A program made the translations under genes and the position numbers. Shown piece after piece: positions 59,630 to 64,000 of a stretch of DNA of 64,000 nucleotides. Origin of the DNA: Eledone cirrhosa. Taxonomy: Eukaryota. Location: positions 367,846,001-367,910,000 of the forward strand of contig OZ024741.1 of assembly GCA_964016885.1 (NCBI GenBank), in the 5' to 3' direction. The notes under the pieces are model-generated. The model was not told where the DNA came from. It did no database searches and was given only the letters and a program-made list of their open reading frames with translations. The first letter of the stretch is position 1. Each line of letters starts with the position of its first letter.

Positions 59630-62600
59630 CATCATCATCATCATCATCACCATTTTACGTCCGTTCTTCCACGCTAGCATGGGTTAGACGGGTTGTCCTG
59701 TTGTGGGCAGTGTCTGGTCGGCTGACCATGCCTTGCTCATACAGGAACTGATCTGGCTTGATTTCTACAGCTGGATGCCCTTCCTAACACCAACCTCATT
59801 TACAGTGAGTGCTGGGTGCTTTTTCGTGGCGCCTACACGTCCACTTTACAGTGTGGGCTGGGTGCTTTTTTGCCGTGGCACCTCCACGACCACCTTGCGG
59901 TGGGGGGGGGGGGGGGCATATTGTTTATATGCTTCAGCATGTACCCATGGGAGGTCGGGTACCCTGTATTACTGCGTGACGCCAGAAGTCACGGTCGTGT
60001 GTCATTGACTTTGAGAGGTGTAGTTGGGTAAGGTCGGCTTTTATCACCTCATCCCAAGTCATCTTGGGTCTCCCCACTCCGCGGTTTCCATCAACTTCTA
60101 GTGCTCTGCACCTTTTTATGCAGCTGTCATCCTTCATACGCATCACATGTCCATACCAGCGTAACCGCCTCTCCTGCACGCAGCATTTGATTCCTCTTAT
60201 GCTCAGTCTCTCTCTCAATTCATTTATGCTTTGTCGTTCACGTATATTACTGTTACACATCCATCGGAGCATGCAGGCTTCGTTTCTCTCTAATCTACGT
60301 AAGTCTTCCACCTTCAGCGCCCAGGTCTCACTACCATGCAACATCGCTGTTCGGATACACGCATCATACAGTCTGCCTTTCATTCTGAGGGAGAAGCCTT
60401 TTGCAGCTAGCAGTGGTAGTAGTTCCCTAAACTTCTTCCATCCCGTTCTTACCCTAGTTATTGTACTTTCTGAGCACCCACCTCCGTTGCTAATTCGGTC
60501 ACCTAGGTAGCAGAAGCTGTCTACTGTTTCTACAGGGCCCTCCCAGAGATTGGTGGTACTTGTTTCCTGTGGCTGTTTGCTTGCTGTTTCAGCACAGCTG
60601 CTGCATGTGAATCCTACATTCTTAATTAAGCTTCCTGAGATCCCGCTACATCTCTTGTGTACCCATTGTTTGCATTTGGGGCAAAGAATGGAGTTCCTAC
60701 CTACACCTTTCCTACATACTGAGCAAGGCCATTTCCCTGAGGGGATCTGGGTTCTGTTTTCTCGTCTACTTATAAGGACCTTAGTCTTTGTCATGTTGAC
60801 TTTGAGGCCCTTTCTCTCTAGTCCCTGCTTCCAGGTTTGGAATTTATTCTCTAGTTCTACCATAGATTCAGCTATGAGTGCGAGGTCATCAGCATACAGG
60901 AGTTCCCATGGGCATCCGGTCTTAAACTCCTCCGTTATTGCCTGCAGGACTATGATGAACAGGAGAGGGCTAAGAACAGAGCCCTGGTGGACCCCAACCT
61001 GTACGCTAAATTCCTCGCTATACTCATTGCCAATACTAACTTTGCTGACTGCTCCCCTATACATGGCTTGTACCGCTTTCACAAGCCATTCATCTACTCC
61101 TAGTTTTCTAAGAGCCCACCAGATTACTGCACGTGGAACTCTGTCAAAGGCTTTCTCAAGGTCGACAAATGCCAAGTAGAGTGGCTTACTTTTAGCTAGG
61201 TACTTTTCCTGTAATTGCCTCACAAGGAAGAGCGCATCAGTGGTGCCTTTCCCTGGAACAAACCCAAATTGCATCTCGTCTATATTCACCCGGTCCCTAA
61301 TCAGCTGTGCTATAACTCTTTCTGTTACTTTCATGACCTGGTCCATCAACTTTATACCTCTATAGTTTCCTCTATCTAGTGCATCGCCTTTACCTTTGTA
61401 GCAGTTGACAATGATGCTACTGCACCAATCTTTTGGTATGGCCCCCTCTAGTATTACCTGGTTAACGATACGTGTGGTTATAGTGTGACCTACAGACCCA
61501 GATGCCTTCAGCATCTCGGCAGCTATACCCGATGGACCGGTTGCCTTCCCTATCTTCATATCTCTGATTGCCTTACTTACTACGCTGCCGCTGACTTGTA
61601 CTGCTGGTCCCTCTATAGGGTCTACGTGGGGTAGGGTCTCTTCTTCCCATGCATTCTCCTCATTTAGTAATCTATCATAATGACTCTTCCATGCATCTTT
61701 CTTCTCAGCACTTGTGAGGGCAAGCTCACCTTTATCATTCCGGATACACTTCTCTCCAATGACATCACAACTATCTCTGACACACTGCCTCGCAATCTTG
61801 AATACCTCCTGTTTCTGGTCCTCACGTTGTAAAACATGCTTGAATTTTCTATCCTCTGCTTCCCTCCTAGCTAAGTATACTTGTCGCCTAGCTTCCCTCT
61901 TGGTCTCTATGTAATGTACCCTGCTCCCCCCGTTCTTCCATTCTTTCCATGCCTGTCTCTTGGCCTTGACTGCTTCATCTACCTTATTGTTCCACCACCA
62001 AGTCACTCTCCTCCTGCTTGAGGTCTTACTCCAGCCACAAACCTCATCCGTCGCCTCTAGTAAGTTATTTTTTAGGAACTCCCAGTTCTCTTCTACGTTA
62101 AATGTCTCTATCTGTTCTTCTTTACTGTCGTAGGCGTTGAGTAAAATATCTTTAAATCTGTTACTGGTTGAGGGGACTTTCAGCTTCCAGATCTTTCTTC
62201 TCCAGGTTGGCCTCTGTTTCAGGGCTCGTCTAGTTCTGACCGTGAGGTCGCTGACAACTAAGCTATGTTGGGATGTACATTCCTCACTAGGGAAGGCTTT
62301 TGTGTTTACGACCGTCCATCTGTCACGTCCTCTGATGAGGATAAAATCTAACTGACTAGAGTGCTCCCCTGATCTATAGGTGATCAGGTGGTTGTCGGGT
62401 TTTTTAAAGTTTGTGTTACATATCGACATGTCATTGGCGTCGCAGAATTCTAGAAGTCTGAATCCTTCCTCATTCCTTGTGCCAACTCCATGGCCTCCAT
62501 GTACTCTATTGAAGCCGTCGCAGTGTTTACCTACGTGTCCGTTAAAATCTCCTGCAATGATTAGGAAGTCCTTGTTGTCTGTTAGAGCAGTAGTGTGTAT

Positions 62601-62643
62601 TAGGGACTCGTAAAACCTATCCTTAAGTTCGTCTGGCAGCCCC
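59630..62643 (-). mobile_element. 5'-truncated RTE subfamily A copy, nearly identical to 34478-37490
   Basis: The 903-aa ORF matches the 1039-aa ORF except D>N and R>S; same 3' UTR and (CAT)n tail. Confidence 0.95.
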
Positions 62644-62829
62644 ATACATCTATATGTATGAGTATATAACTATAATCGCGCAAACACAAACTTATAAAAA
62701 TACACACTCACGGACATAATTCACACAAATACACATACATTCACACATACTTTCACACAAACATACATACATTCACACGTATACATTTACACAAACACAC
62801 ACATAGTCATGATAGTGTTCGGTTTAATT

Positions 62830-63150
62830 GGAAATGGGAGGGTAAAACGTTTTATTTTATTTTTTAACTCATTTGATATAATGGTTACAGAATGAAAACA
62901 CTAACAAATATAATATATACAAAGGAAAGGGAAAGGAAAAAAAGAAAGAGAAAAAATACACAAGCAGGTAATACACACATCTTAGACCACAGAACAATAT
63001 ACAGGCGAAAGAGTGGAAAAAAGAGCCGCTACCAGAGCAAAAGATAGCAATATAGTGAGGAGCACTGGGAAACCTCTCTAATAAATTTTGAGGCAAACCA
63101 GTACGCTTGCAATGTTACCTAGGATGATGGCGAGGCTGAGGTGGTCCAAT
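62830..63150 (-). mobile_element. CRE-clade 3' end fragment
   Basis: Minus translation LDHLSLAIILGNIASVLVCLKIY*; homologous to 15440-15665. Confidence 0.7.
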
Positions 63151-64000
63151 ATGCACACTACATAAGCTAGTAGAAAACCACATGAAGGGCGGTTTTTCTG
63201 CTAGTTAGAGTAAAACTTGAAATTTTAATGTGATGTTTTGTACTTTTCAAAAATGTCTTGCTAATGTGGTTTCATGTGGTACAGAACATAAAGAATTACT
63301 AACCAGTTTCTCTCTTTAAAATCGACACCAGTCAGTGCATACTTTTGTATAACCCTAAATCCAAAAGCATTACTTTTACTATTATTAATAATTTCAATAT
63401 TTTTACTATTATTAATATCCTTTTCCATATATGGTAGCTGGAAATTATTCAGCTATTTTAAAAAGAATATTAGTCTCCTGATTATTTTCATAGCAAGAAT
63501 TTGTTCTTCTCGCTCCACATGATGTAATTCTCATTATATACATTTTGCTCATCTCAAGAGAATGTCCTCATGCACTACCATTATGTCTTCCTGTTTTGTA
63601 TAGGCAATATTTGATCATAACTTGTTTGAAATATTTATTTCTGAGTCTACAGAATATCTTTCAGTTTCAGATGATTCCGCTTAGGGTGAAAGCAGAAGTT
63701 TCTTTGCTTAAACTTTTAATCTGTACTGATAATATATTCATATTTATATGATTGCTTTCTAAAGATAACTTTTTATGGCAAGATTTGCTGATAAAACATT
63801 TTGTTAGGGTGCTTCACTTTAGTAAGATAAAGAACTTATAGTCAGATTGAACCAAGGAAAATGTGTGTCCATTGTTAGTCGGTGTTCCTGGCAAAAGCAT
63901 CACCACTTGTGACAAGAGGCAGGATTTGAACTCAGAACACACAGATTCAGAACTTCCGTCAATCCATTCCCCATGGATTGAAAAGAGCGAAAAGCAAAGT

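Noticed and set aside
59346-63205. Possible Helitron-like host (TCTAAACTATAATAAAG ... hairpin-CTAG) around the second RTE-A copy
   Set aside because: The termini are suggestive but too short and degenerate to call without a family alignment.

Overview
AT-rich, repeat-dense animal genomic DNA. The SINE/RTE/Dong/Penelope repertoire suggests an octopod cephalopod, which is my inference. Two intron-containing host genes lie on the + strand. The first is a GEN1 Holliday-junction resolvase (10 well-supported coding exons at 9555-31568 plus a probable terminal exon at 38409-38470, ~450-470 aa, lacking the long C-terminal tail). The second is the first six exons of PSMC1/Rpt2 (43987-59109; the gene continues beyond the window). 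The rest is mostly transposons: a CsRN1-clade Ty3/Gypsy element (634-5976, both LTRs, GGTA TSD, capsid-less Gag, 32-nt tRNA-Trp PBS) and the 5' LTR of a relative; several RTE LINE subfamilies with a PHD-type zinc finger inside the RT, including an intact full-length copy (~33457-37490) and a near-identical inverted daughter (59630-62643); at least seven loci of CRE-clade RLE retrotransposon fragments; Tx1 and Dong/R4 fragments; Penelope pieces with hammerhead ribozyme motifs; maT/mariner, hAT and piggyBac-type DNA elements; and many SINEs. All calls were made by eye, without database searches. The most interesting signals are the active PHD-bearing RTE, the abundant dispersed CRE elements, the hammerheads, the capsid-less Gypsy with an extended PBS and the tail-less GEN1.
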